A stretch of DNA of 56,395 bases from Ruthenibacterium lactatiformans (GCA_963614215.1 CAVECB010000008.1:1-56395), one strand, 5' to 3'. Positions 9,479-19,406 are shown, counted from the stretch's first letter. Notes: generated by a model from the sequence alone, not told the origin. Numbers and translations are program-made.

Positions 9479-10390
9479 CTAGACGGTTTCTTTCAGGGGG
9501 ATGTAGGGCTTGATGTCGGCATCTGCCCCTCCGACGCACGACGCATCGACGAGCTCCTCCTCGGCCAGCCACTCCGGCGCCTCGCGCGCGATCAGATGCC
9601 CGACCGCGCGGTACGTCCAGAGGTTTGCGACGACGCCCGCGAGCTTGTAGATGAAGTAGAGGATGAAGAACGCGTAGGCGCTGGCGGTGAAGACGCTGTC
9701 GAAATCGTTGAGGAAGGTCTCGAGGACAGCCGAGAGGTCGGCGCCCGAGAAAAACCCAGAGACGAAGTTCGAGGCGAGGTCGGAAAACACGCTGACCAGC
9801 GAGCTGGCGACCAAGACGAGAAGCGCCCCGCCGACGACGACGTTGAAGACGCCAACAATCAGGTTCACCACGAAAACCGGCGAGAACGTGGAGCCGAGGG
9901 TCTTGACCGGCTTTTTCCACAGAAGTTTGAACGCCCGCCCGATGCCGGTGAAGCCAATCTTGAGCTTGGAGCTTAGAGCCACCTGGAAGTTGATGAGCGG
10001 CGCCACGAAGACGTAGACCAGCGCAAGCAGGCACACGAGGATAGGTCCTGCGACCGGAATCAGGAAAAGGAGGCACGCGAGCGCGACTAGGACGATTCCC
10101 CAGCACAGGTTGACGAACCAAATTTTGGCGCCGGAGATGAACGTGTCGTCGCTCACTATCGTCGAGGGCAGCCTGCGGTTGACGCCTAGGCATATCTCCC
10201 TGCCCCAGCGCGCCGCAAAACCGCAGATGCACCAGTTGAGGACGGGGACCAGCGAGCACAACGTGAGCAACAGCGAGCGCACAAACCAATGCTTCGACCT
10301 CGTCACATCCGCCCAGCCGGACTGGTACGGCGTCGTGACGTATTGCCTCTCGCTGATCTCGTCGCTTGTCAAGCTTATCTTAGACGACAT
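9479..10390 (-). CDS. polytopic membrane protein of unknown function
   Basis: ATG preceded by a GGAGGAAAC RBS; at least 5 hydrophobic helices. I recognised no catalytic motif. Confidence 0.6.
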   Translation of the reverse strand: MSSKISLTSDEISERQYVTTPYQSGWADVTRSKHWFVRSLLLTLCSLVPVLNWCICGFAARWGREICLGVNRRLPSTIVSDDTFISGAKIWFVNLCWGIVLVALACLLFLIPVAGPILVCLLALVYVFVAPLINFQVALSSKLKIGFTGIGRAFKLLWKKPVKTLGSTFSPVFVVNLIVGVFNVVVGGALLVLVASSLVSVFSDLASNFVSGFFSGADLSAVLETFLNDFDSVFTASAYAFFILYFIYKLAGVVANLWTYRAVGHLIAREAPEWLAEEELVDASCVGGADADIKPYIPLKETV

Positions 10391-10423
10391 GTTTCCTCCA
10401 TTGCTGCATCGGTTGCGCGTTTT

Positions 10424-12043
10424 TTACGCTTTGTACGTCGTGATTCCGTCTTTGATGGTCTGCGAAACGGCGACGTTGTGAATCTCGTGGGGGTCTATCT
10501 CGAAGAGGTCTTGGCTAAACACCGTCAGATCGGCGTACTTGCCGACCTCGATCGAGCCGAACACGTCTTCTTTGCGCATCTGGTAGGCGTTGTCGATGGT
10601 GTAGCCCAGCAGCACCTCCTCGACGCTCAAGGATTCTTCCCCGTCATGAACAAAGCCGTCCTTTTCGCCAACCGGCTGGCGGGTGACGAGGCACTCGGCG
10701 TTTTGCATCGGCGGAAAACTCGTCGGGTCGGTCGGGAAATCGGAGCCCAGGCCAACGCGCGCGCCGCCGTCCAAGATGCTCTTCATAGGATACGGCTTTG
10801 CCTCCGTGAGCTTTTTGGTCAAGGCGTCCATCTCTTCGCTGAGCGACGACACCCACAGCCCGGTCGTGTTGGAAAAGACGTCGTATTTGCCGAAAAGCTC
10901 GATGTCTTCGGGATAGACGTTCGAGGAATGCGAGCAGACGATGCGCAGGTCGTCAAAGCCCTTCTCGCGCACGATGCCGGCGGCTTGCAGCACATTGCGT
11001 ATCGCGTCCGAGCCAATCGCGTGGATGTTGACGTCGAGGCCGGCGTTTGCGCACGCCTCGTATTTTTGCGCGAGCTCGTCTACGGTCATGATCGGGGCAA
11101 TCACGTTGCCATTGGGGTAGGGGTTGGGGATTGCAGCAGACGTGGTCTCGGTCGTGCCGTCGTTGAAGAGTTTGTGGAAGCTGCAGAAGAAGCGGTCGTT
11201 GTCGAACTTTTTCGAGAACTCGACCGCATCGTCAAACGCTATGTCATACAGTCCTGCCACGCCGGCAAATCCGCAGAAGTTCAGGCGCACGGGGCATGCA
11301 TCCGTGTCGACCTTGGCGCAAAGCTCGTCGCTCATGATGAATTTCGTGAAGCTCAAGGTACCGCAGTCCACGAGGGAGGTGATGCCGTGCTCGGCGCAGA
11401 GCCCCCAAAAGTCCTCCATGGCCTTGGCCATAGCCTTCGCGTCGAAGTACTCGGCCCCGCCCATCACCTTGTCCATGGAGGCGATTTCCTTGCAGTAGCC
11501 GGTAAGCTCGCCGTCCTCGTCGCGGACGTAGACGACGCCGCCGGCCGGATCGATATCCGGCGTGTCGCGCGTGATGCCCGCAGCTTCGAGCGCCTTGGAA
11601 TTGCACCACACGGTGTGCATGCTCGCAGAGAGATATGCCATGGGCTTGTCGGAGCAGATGGCATCAAGGTCTGCCTTGTTCGGGCCTGCCTCGCCAAACG
11701 CCTCGTCGAACCAGCCCATGCCGGTGTATGCCTCAAGCTCGGGGTGCGCGGCGACGTCTTTGGAGATAGCCTCGACCATCTGCTCGGGCGTCATCGCGTC
11801 CAGGCGCAGCAGCCCCTCGAACATGGTCGCCGCAAAAACGTGCAGGTGCCCGTCGATGAGGCCCGGCGTCACGAGCTTGCCGCCCAAATCCTCTGCGGCC
11901 ACGCCCTCGCCGGCAAAGTCGAGCGCACCTTCCGTGCTGCCCACATAGGCGATTTTATTGCCCTCGACGACGACGGCCTCGGCCCAAGGCTCGTTTTTGT
12001 TCGCAGTGAAAAACTTGCCGTTCGTCAAAACCCGTGTTGCCAT
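10424..12043 (-). CDS. metal-dependent amidohydrolase, COG1574/YtcJ-like (paralog A)
   Basis: N-terminal NGKFFT...AEAVVVEGNKIAYVGS then PGLIDGHLHVF (HxH metal site). ~539 aa. ATG 12043 with a GGAAGG RBS. The longer ORF N-terminus is Arg/Ser-rich junk. Confidence 0.85.
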   Translation of the reverse strand: MATRVLTNGKFFTANKNEPWAEAVVVEGNKIAYVGSTEGALDFAGEGVAAEDLGGKLVTPGLIDGHLHVFAATMFEGLLRLDAMTPEQMVEAISKDVAAHPELEAYTGMGWFDEAFGEAGPNKADLDAICSDKPMAYLSASMHTVWCNSKALEAAGITRDTPDIDPAGGVVYVRDEDGELTGYCKEIASMDKVMGGAEYFDAKAMAKAMEDFWGLCAEHGITSLVDCGTLSFTKFIMSDELCAKVDTDACPVRLNFCGFAGVAGLYDIAFDDAVEFSKKFDNDRFFCSFHKLFNDGTTETTSAAIPNPYPNGNVIAPIMTVDELAQKYEACANAGLDVNIHAIGSDAIRNVLQAAGIVREKGFDDLRIVCSHSSNVYPEDIELFGKYDVFSNTTGLWVSSLSEEMDALTKKLTEAKPYPMKSILDGGARVGLGSDFPTDPTSFPPMQNAECLVTRQPVGEKDGFVHDGEESLSVEEVLLGYTIDNAYQMRKEDVFGSIEVGKYADLTVFSQDLFEIDPHEIHNVAVSQTIKDGITTYKA

Positions 12044-12095
12044 TGCTCGACCTTCCTGTCGATGGTTGGTAGCCGCCAGCCGTGCCGGCCGCGTC

Positions 12096-13748
12096 TTATG
12101 CAGTGTACACTTCCCGGCCCTCGAAATAGACGGCCTCGACCTCTCCTTCGTGGATTGCGTCTTTTGCGCACGTCGAGATGTCTTTGTTGATGAAGATGAA
12201 ATCGGCGTACTTACCGGTCTCGATCGAGCCGCGCTCGTCTTGTATCTGAAGCTGCCTGGCACCGTTGATCGTCATAATGTCCATGGCCTGCTCGACCGAG
12301 ACACGCTCGGATTCGTCGAGTTGGACAACCTCGAAATCCCCGCGGGTGTCGTTTACCGCGACCTCGATGATGCCGGGGACCGTCGTCGGCGCGCCGGAGG
12401 CGGCGGGGACGTCTGTCGAGGAAGTGACGAGCACGCCGGCGTCGAGAAGTGACCTGATGGGATAGCCCGCCTTGAAGGTGGCCGTGTCGAGCAGCTCTGC
12501 GATTATGTCTTCTTGGCCTTTCGAGAAAAGCGAGCGCCAATTTATGTTTTGGGCGGCGTAGATGTGGTGCTGCCCCATCTTCTCCTTCGATTCGGGCGTT
12601 ATGTTCCTGCCGTGGACGATGCCGTTGCAGATGCTGCCCGTGCTCGTGCTTTCCGCGTCGATGTACGCGTCGACCACCTGCCGAGCCGCCGCGTCTCCCT
12701 GACAGTGGACATGCATGGAGATGCCGGCCTCGTTTGCGGCCTTCACGATAGCGTTCATCGTCTCATCGTCCCACACCTGCGTGCCGTGGCTGCCGTCCTT
12801 GTAGCCATCGATCAGCCAGCCGCTCTTGCTCTCGACCGCCTCACCGTCGGCGAAGAGTTTGAGCGTGTTGAACTTGAAGCGACCCGTGGGGTATTTCTCG
12901 AAGCACTCCTTTGCCTTCTCGAACTCCTCTTTCCAGTCGTCGTAGGAGTCGATTTTATACGCCCCGCCGACGACGACCGAAAGCCCGACGTTTTTGTCGT
13001 GCGCGCTCAGCGCGTCCATGAACTGCGTGCCGAGGTAGTTCGTCCAGCCGTCCTGGTAGTAGGTGTAGCCAAAGGAGTGAAGCGCCTGCTCCATTGTCCC
13101 AACGACGCCCGCGTAATCGCCCTCGTGGACAATCTGCTCAGTTGCGATGGCGTATTTCAGCAGGTAGTTCATCGCCATATCGGAAGCCAGGCCCAAAAGC
13201 CGGCCGTCGGCATCCCGAGACAGGACGCCGCCGACAATTTGTGTGTCGTCTGCAAGACCTGCAACTTGCGCCGCCTTGCTGTTGAAAAACGCGTTGTGCC
13301 CGGAATCGTCGCCGATGAGCAGGGGCTTGTCGCTGCAGATGGCGTCAAGCCCGCTTCTCATGTCGATGCTCTCCTTGACGTCGAGCATGCCCTCGTGGTT
13401 CCAACCGAAGGTGTAGTACGCGTTTTTGTCCGGATTCGCCTCGACATACGCCTTGACGTTTGCGAGGATCTCTTCTTGCGTCGCGCCCCCGAGCGCAAGA
13501 CCGAGGTAGCTGAGCGCGCCGTAGCCGATGTAGTGGCCGTGGCCTTCGGTCGCGCCTGCCATGACGATGCCGCGCCCGCGGTAGTCGAGCACTTCCGTCG
13601 TGCCGTCTTTTATGTAGTCTGCCGCGCCGTCCTCGTCGCCCACATAGACGTACCTGCCGTCTTTGACGGCAAACGCCTGGGCGTAGTCCTGGTTCGCGTT
13701 CGACGTGTACACCTTTGCGTACACGACCATATCTGCAGCAATCGCCAT
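12096..13748 (-). CDS. metal-dependent amidohydrolase, COG1574/YtcJ-like (paralog B)
   Basis: Same architecture: VKDGRYVYVGD..., GATEGHGHYIG, MHVHCQGD, SSTDVP. GAGGTG RBS. Confidence 0.85.
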   Translation of the reverse strand: MAIAADMVVYAKVYTSNANQDYAQAFAVKDGRYVYVGDEDGAADYIKDGTTEVLDYRGRGIVMAGATEGHGHYIGYGALSYLGLALGGATQEEILANVKAYVEANPDKNAYYTFGWNHEGMLDVKESIDMRSGLDAICSDKPLLIGDDSGHNAFFNSKAAQVAGLADDTQIVGGVLSRDADGRLLGLASDMAMNYLLKYAIATEQIVHEGDYAGVVGTMEQALHSFGYTYYQDGWTNYLGTQFMDALSAHDKNVGLSVVVGGAYKIDSYDDWKEEFEKAKECFEKYPTGRFKFNTLKLFADGEAVESKSGWLIDGYKDGSHGTQVWDDETMNAIVKAANEAGISMHVHCQGDAAARQVVDAYIDAESTSTGSICNGIVHGRNITPESKEKMGQHHIYAAQNINWRSLFSKGQEDIIAELLDTATFKAGYPIRSLLDAGVLVTSSTDVPAASGAPTTVPGIIEVAVNDTRGDFEVVQLDESERVSVEQAMDIMTINGARQLQIQDERGSIETGKYADFIFINKDISTCAKDAIHEGEVEAVYFEGREVYTA

Positions 13749-13825
13749 TGTCTCACCTCATCTGGTTTATCGGGCAGGCGCAGGCCTTCCCCACTTTATT
13801 TCGCTGCTCACAAGGCCCGCAGGTC

Positions 13826-14944
13826 CTACACCTCGAAATCGAAAGTGAGGGCGTCGTCTTCGTAGAAGACCACCTTGATCGACTTCTTGTTGCAGTTCGC
13901 CGTGGTCTGCCACACGGAAAGCCACTCCGAGCCCTCGTCTTTGAGCTGCTGGAGGGTTTTCGCCCTTTGCTTCGCGCCGGATGCCTCCATACCTGCAAGG
14001 ATTTCGTCCTTGTATTTCCCACTCGCGCATATCTGAAGTGTGAGGACGCCGCCGAGCTCCTCGCTTTCTTCCCCGCAGCACTCGCTGCACGGGTCGAAGG
14101 GGCAGTTGTACGGGTCGAGTATCTGGGAGTACCTGACCTTTTTCATGAGCGCCGTCATGTCGTCGGCAGTATTTACCTGCGCGATCTCGGACGCCAAAAG
14201 CTCGTACCTGCCAAGGCCGGTCCCCAAGACGGCTTTGTCCTTGTACTCGTCGTTGAGGTAGAAGTTCGCCTGGCAGTTTTGGCCCTCGTTCCAGATGAGC
14301 TTGTTGTCGACAAGCTCGAGGACACCAAAATGCCCGCTTGCGTCGGCCAGGAAAAAGCCGCCGCACCAGTTCACCTCGCCGTTGCTGAACGCGCAGACGT
14401 TCAAGGAATTGGCAAGCTCCAGCGCCTCGTCCACGTTCGCGCAGCGCTCGCCCAGATACCTGACCAGGGCGGGCAGCGAGAGGGTGACCTCTGCGCCGGG
14501 ATTCGTGCCCGTCGATATCGCTATGCCCGTCTCCTCGGGCTGCTTCGGGCGCATGTTGGCCTCGACGTAGAGGCCTTTGTCGTTCATGACATCTGCGGTA
14601 AAGAACAGCAGCGTCAAAAGTTCTTCTTGGGTGATGCCGTTTTCCTTCACGTCGTCGAAGCTGCGCCCATCAAAGGAGTTGTACACAAGGCCCACGGTCT
14701 TGTTGAAGCCCTCGACGTCGGTCCTGATGATGTAGGCGGGATTGCTGCCGTAGTACAGGTCGTAGGAGCGCCCGACAACCATGTCGCCGTTCTCGAGGAC
14801 CTTACCCGCCGCCGAGCAACCAAACTTCGCGAACTTCTCCACGTTTTTCTTGAGCCCGGCCTCGTAGTCTATCTCGGTGACGACCGGAAGCTCGATGACA
14901 TAGTCCGCGAGCACTTTCCCCATCAGCCTTGAAGTCTCTGCCAT
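13826..14944 (-). CDS. choloylglycine-hydrolase-family (linear amide C-N) Ntn hydrolase with a 42-aa N-terminal extension
   Basis: FG-CSAAGKVLENGDMVVGRSYD fits the nucleophile-Cys...GR(N/S)xD signature of BSH/penicillin V acylase. AAGGAG lies 9 nt before ATG 14944. Confidence 0.7.
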   Translation of the reverse strand: MAETSRLMGKVLADYVIELPVVTEIDYEAGLKKNVEKFAKFGCSAAGKVLENGDMVVGRSYDLYYGSNPAYIIRTDVEGFNKTVGLVYNSFDGRSFDDVKENGITQEELLTLLFFTADVMNDKGLYVEANMRPKQPEETGIAISTGTNPGAEVTLSLPALVRYLGERCANVDEALELANSLNVCAFSNGEVNWCGGFFLADASGHFGVLELVDNKLIWNEGQNCQANFYLNDEYKDKAVLGTGLGRYELLASEIAQVNTADDMTALMKKVRYSQILDPYNCPFDPCSECCGEESEELGGVLTLQICASGKYKDEILAGMEASGAKQRAKTLQQLKDEGSEWLSVWQTTANCNKKSIKVVFYEDDALTFDFEV

Positions 14945-15083
14945 GTTCAAACACTCCTTTATCTCTCGGATTAAGCCACGTAATCAGGGTACTAGATTCC
15001 CGTTCCCGCGCCGGCGACAGGCGCGGGATTTTTCCCGAAACGAAAGAAATTCCAAAAGTTACCGGCGGCAAACTTGCCGTGCA

Positions 15084-15194
15084 CGCAGGAAAAAGGCGGC
15101 GTCTTTTTCGTCACCGGACACGCAGGACAGAGACGGCATCTTTCCTATCAGCGTGCGCGCAGGACCGAGATGGCGTCTTTCCTACTGATTGCAA
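15084..15194. repeat. 37-bp direct repeat x3 spanning the stop codon of the ABC gene
   Basis: Units start at 15084, 15121 and 15158, each CGCAGGA-N-..GGCRTCTTT(C/T)C... Unit 3 encodes the C-terminus SRKDAISVLRAR. Units 2 and 1 would encode RKDAVSVLRVR* and EKDAAFFLRAR. Confidence 0.8.
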
Positions 15195-18100
15195 TCGCCG
15201 GGACCAGGTACCCGACAAGCATCGAGACCACCCCAAGCGCCAAGAGAAAAGCCACGTGCCATGGCTCGAATATCATGATGGCAAAGCCCGCATCTGCCAT
15301 AGCCGACGAGTTCACCGGCATGCTCAACAGCGCGGTCGCAGCCAGCCCGACAGCTGCGGACAAAAGGCCGATGAGCGCGCCTTCCAGCACAAGCGTCGAA
15401 AACACAGTGCGGCGAGTCGCACCCAGCACCCGCATGACGCTCGTCTCGCGCCAACGGTCGCGCGAGCTGAAGAAGGTGATGGCGCCGACGGTTAAGGTCG
15501 TGACGATGCCCGTCAAAAGCAAGAGCACAACAGACACGAGGCTCACGAGCTTGATGATGTCCATTGAGATGTTGGTGATGGTGTCCACCAGGTCGTAATA
15601 ATCGATGTGTCTTGAGGAATCCCCTGCGGCGGCGACCGAGTCGTTGTAGCCGCCAATCAGCTTGTTCAAGGCGACCCTGTCCTCGTATGTCGGCGTGTAG
15701 AAGCGAATGGTCGAGGGCGTGCTGAAATCCGAGTACCCGAGAGCCTTCATGTTGAGGTCGTAGGTGTTCAGCGTCGTTGTGGCCATCTTCACCATCGAGT
15801 CCAGGAACTTTTTCGTACGCGCGTCCATGCGGCCAGACGTTTCGTCTGCCGCGCCCTCGTCCGCGCTATCGTCTGCCGTCTCGCCATCTGCTGCCTCGTC
15901 ACCTGCCGTCTCGTTCAACGCAAGGATGCTGTTCAGCTCGTCGTATGCGCCCGACAAATCGAATTCCTTGAAGAAGTCGTTGAGCGCGGTATCGAGTCCC
16001 AGCGAGGCAAAGGCATCTTCGCTGTTCAGCTTGGCAAACGTCTCTTCCAACTCTTTTAGCGGCTCGTATGTGCCCGCCTTGATCTGCGCCTCGATGTAGG
16101 CGATGTAGGCGCCGTACTCCTCTTCCACGCGCTCCAGCAGGTAGGGCACGACCTCTTGCTCGACAAAGGCGTCGAACTGCTTTTTGGTCTCCTCGCCCAA
16201 TTCGACGGTGATAAACGCCTCATCTATCTTCTTGTTCAGCTTTTCGCTGACGTCATTTCTTGCCATATAGTCCACAAGACCCTCGCGTGTCGGGGTCTGG
16301 CCTTTCAAAAGCGCGTCTGCCAGGTAGTCGCCGCACACATCGAGCAGCGCCTCGTCAATCGCATCTTCGTCGACGTCGACGACTATCGTGTTGTCCTCCG
16401 ACGTCGTTCCCAAGAGCTGTTCCCAGTCAATTTCGATGCTGCCTTCATCGCCCTCACCGCCTTCACCGTCGTCCTCGCCGGTATCGGTGCCGGCCGCATC
16501 GTCTGCATCGGTGAAGTCGAGTTCGAAGCCTTCGTCGAGAGCGAGGCTGCCGAGCTCTTTTTCTATGTCGGCAAAGGTTTGCTCCAAAGCCGCGCTCAGC
16601 TGCCCTTCTATCGAGGAAAGCGCGGCGTTGATGCTCGAAGAGACGCTGCGCGCCAAATCGTCGAAGCTGCGCCCTTTGCTGTCGAAGCGGATGCCGGTAA
16701 AGACGTCGACGTCCGGGTTGGCCTTCTGTGCTTTGACGATGTCGGAAGCCCCCGCCCTTTCGGCGATGCGGTTTTCCAGAGACGGGAGATACCACAGCCC
16801 GGCGGACAAGGTCTCGGAAGCCGCGTTTTCCGACGGCGCGACGACGCCGACGATTTTCAGGTTCTCCGAGTTCGCGATTATGTTTTTCATGAAGTCTTCG
16901 TCTGAGGAGTTGTTCTGCCAAGAGCCGCCGCCCTCGTTTTGCGTGTAGCACTCGGCAACCGAGACAAGCTTGAGGTCGAGGTCCATATACTCTTGCAGCG
17001 AGAAGGTAAACGACTCGACGGTCTTGTCTTCGGAGAGTTTGCCCGTCTTAAACATGGCGATGGTGTCGTTTAGACGCTGCAGGCGGGCCTCGACCGAGTT
17101 TGACGTCAGATCCAGCCCCGGGACCGAGCGATCGCTTGGCAAGACGAGAACGAGCTCGTTGTAGCTTTCCGGCCATCTGCCCTGCAAGACGTCGTAGTTC
17201 GAGGTGTAGTTGTCCGTCTTGGCGTCTAGGCGCGCCATCGTCGTAAAGCCAGCAGGCGACGTGAAGCTGGCAGTGTAGGAGCTGGAAAGCTCCGCGACGG
17301 ATGACGTTTTTAAAGAGACGGTCCCCGCGTTCGTGTCGGCCACAAACACCTGCGGCGTCACGCCATAGTCGTAGTCGATCATCTCGGTGCAGGCGGAAAA
17401 CTTGTCTTTGTTGTCCTCGATGTGCGATTTGAAGGATTTCAAGTCGTTGTTTTTCGCGGATCGGATGGTCTTTGTGATCAGCTCGGAAGCCGACAGCTGC
17501 GTAGAGCCGTCGCCCGTGAGCGCATCTTCGAGTTCTTTTGAGTTGAAGGCAAGCGTGCCGACCTGCAACGGCTGCTGCGAGAGGGTGTCGCGGTTGTCGG
17601 TGTCGATGTATGTCGTAATCCCCTTCGAGACCGTCAAGACGAAAGCAAGGGCAACAATCCCGAGCATCGCGGACAGGCCCAAAACGAAGCTTCTGCCGCT
17701 TCTGTTGCGCAGGCTGGCGCGGACGAAACCGAGCTTTGCCGCAAGCGACACAGACACCGCGCGGGGCTTTTGCGCCGAGGCGGTGCTGGTGCCGGCGTGA
17801 TCGCCGGGGGCAGGGGCGGCAGTGCTGCGGGAAGTCGCCGCTTCGCCGCCCGTGTGGTCGACGACGCCGTTTTCTATGGTGATGACCTCGGCCCCGAGCG
17901 CTTCAGCAAAGGCGGCATCGCGCGTCGCGACGACGACCAACGCACCTACAGACGCATCCTCAAGATCGCGGACAAGGCTTTCCCGCTCTTTTTTTGCAAG
18001 GCCCACCTCCGGCTCGTCCAAAAGCACGACCTTTGCATCTTTGCACATCGCACGCGCAAAGGAAAAGCGCCGCAGCTGATGTTTCGAGAGCTGTTCGGGA

Positions 18101-18513
18101 AGGCATTTCTCAAACTCGCCCAGCCCTGCGCGTTCAAGGGCGGCATCTGCCCTCTCGGCGGCCTCACGCTTGGAAAAGCCCGCCAAGACAAGCGAGGCAC
18201 GCATGTTTTCGCCAAGCGAGGCATGGGCGATAAGCTCGTCTTCTTGAAAGGCGAACCCAACATTGCGTGCAAGAAAAGCGCAGCGCTGCGCATCGCCTGG
18301 CTTCGAGACGTCGTGGCCGTCGATTTCAACCGTGCCCTTGTCGGGGGCAACTAGGCAGGCGAGCATATGCAGCAGGGTCGATTTCCCGCTGCCGGATTCA
18401 CCGACAACGGCAAAAAGGCCAGTGGCAGGCAAATCGAGGTCCACACGCTTCAGCGCGGCGCGGCCGACTCCCCTTTTCTTGTAAAACTTCTCGGCACCAC
18501 GAAGTTTGTACAT
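15148..18513 (-). CDS. fused ABC ATPase / FtsX-MacB-type permease with a very large extracytoplasmic domain (1121 aa)
   Basis: N-terminal Walker A GESGSGKST and Walker B VVLLDEP. One TM, then a ~650-aa ectodomain with D/E-rich low-complexity segments, then a C-terminal three-helix FtsX domain. Confidence 0.85.
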   Translation of the reverse strand: MYKLRGAEKFYKKRGVGRAALKRVDLDLPATGLFAVVGESGSGKSTLLHMLACLVAPDKGTVEIDGHDVSKPGDAQRCAFLARNVGFAFQEDELIAHASLGENMRASLVLAGFSKREAAERADAALERAGLGEFEKCLPEQLSKHQLRRFSFARAMCKDAKVVLLDEPEVGLAKKERESLVRDLEDASVGALVVVATRDAAFAEALGAEVITIENGVVDHTGGEAATSRSTAAPAPGDHAGTSTASAQKPRAVSVSLAAKLGFVRASLRNRSGRSFVLGLSAMLGIVALAFVLTVSKGITTYIDTDNRDTLSQQPLQVGTLAFNSKELEDALTGDGSTQLSASELITKTIRSAKNNDLKSFKSHIEDNKDKFSACTEMIDYDYGVTPQVFVADTNAGTVSLKTSSVAELSSSYTASFTSPAGFTTMARLDAKTDNYTSNYDVLQGRWPESYNELVLVLPSDRSVPGLDLTSNSVEARLQRLNDTIAMFKTGKLSEDKTVESFTFSLQEYMDLDLKLVSVAECYTQNEGGGSWQNNSSDEDFMKNIIANSENLKIVGVVAPSENAASETLSAGLWYLPSLENRIAERAGASDIVKAQKANPDVDVFTGIRFDSKGRSFDDLARSVSSSINAALSSIEGQLSAALEQTFADIEKELGSLALDEGFELDFTDADDAAGTDTGEDDGEGGEGDEGSIEIDWEQLLGTTSEDNTIVVDVDEDAIDEALLDVCGDYLADALLKGQTPTREGLVDYMARNDVSEKLNKKIDEAFITVELGEETKKQFDAFVEQEVVPYLLERVEEEYGAYIAYIEAQIKAGTYEPLKELEETFAKLNSEDAFASLGLDTALNDFFKEFDLSGAYDELNSILALNETAGDEAADGETADDSADEGAADETSGRMDARTKKFLDSMVKMATTTLNTYDLNMKALGYSDFSTPSTIRFYTPTYEDRVALNKLIGGYNDSVAAAGDSSRHIDYYDLVDTITNISMDIIKLVSLVSVVLLLLTGIVTTLTVGAITFFSSRDRWRETSVMRVLGATRRTVFSTLVLEGALIGLLSAAVGLAATALLSMPVNSSAMADAGFAIMIFEPWHVAFLLALGVVSMLVGYLVPAIAISRKDAISVLRAR

Positions 18514-18551
18514 TCCAAAATCCCACCCTCATACAGCTTTTATCCTGGAAA

Positions 18552-18557
18552 ATTATA
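18552..18557 (-). promoter_or_regulatory. candidate -10 box (TATAAT) for the ABC gene
   Basis: Perfect TATAAT on the - strand 38 nt upstream of ATG 18513, in an AT-rich divergent intergenic region. No good -35. Confidence 0.3.
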
Positions 18558-18657
18558 CATTAAGCGTCGATTTGCACGCGCGCGTCGCGTTGCCGGACGG
18601 TCTATGTTAGTCTGCTTGATTGTTGACACAAGCGGCATGTTTCAAGGAGGAAGTGAT

Positions 18658-19356
18658 ATGAAAAAGAAAATTCTAGCTTGTTTGACCTGCTCAGTTCTCG
18701 TCGTAGGCCTGCTGGCTTTGGCGGGCTGCGGATCGAGCAGCACCTCGAACAGCAGCTCGAACAGCGGTTCGAGCAGCAGTGCAAGCAGCGCCGACCAAGA
18801 GGCAATCTCCAAAGACCTGACCTCGCAGCTCGACTCCTTCAAAAGCAGCGACAGCAAAATGCTTGCCGAGACGCTGAAGGCCAACGATGCGTCGCTTCAG
18901 ACCCTGGGCATCGATAGCGACGAGTTCGCGAAGGCGTTGCTGGACGGCTTCACCTACGAAATAGGCACCATCTCGGTCAACGACAAGGCAGGGACCGCCA
19001 TCGCAGAGGTGAACACGACGTCGAAGACCGCCACCACCGTGCTTGCGGCGTTGGTCAACAACATCCCGAGCGCCATCGGCAGCCTGACCGCAGACGACAT
19101 TTCCTCGGAGGACAAGGTCAACAAGTTCATCGGCAAGCAGCTGGTGGAGGCGGCCAAGTCGGCCGCGACGGCGACCTCGACCTTCAGCCTGACCTACACC
19201 AAATCCGGCGACACTTGGAAGATGGACGATGCCGAGACGCAGCTCTACAAGGCCCTCGGCTTCGACACGATCAACCTCGACAGCATCTACAGCCAGCTGG
19301 GCGTGGGCAGTGCCAGCGAGCTCGAGTCCTACATCAACCAGTACCTCCCCAAATAG
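18658..19356 (+). CDS. lipoprotein of unknown function (232 aa)
   Basis: AGGAGG RBS 7 nt upstream. Signal peptide with lipobox LALAG-C, then a Ser-rich linker. Divergent from the ABC gene. Confidence 0.8.
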   Translation: MKKKILACLTCSVLVVGLLALAGCGSSSTSNSSSNSGSSSSASSADQEAISKDLTSQLDSFKSSDSKMLAETLKANDASLQTLGIDSDEFAKALLDGFTYEIGTISVNDKAGTAIAEVNTTSKTATTVLAALVNNIPSAIGSLTADDISSEDKVNKFIGKQLVEAAKSAATATSTFSLTYTKSGDTWKMDDAETQLYKALGFDTINLDSIYSQLGVGSASELESYINQYLPK

Positions 19357-19406
19357 GATTTCAGCGCAAGCGGCTCCAAAAAGAGCCGTAAGACAATCGG
19401 GGACGC

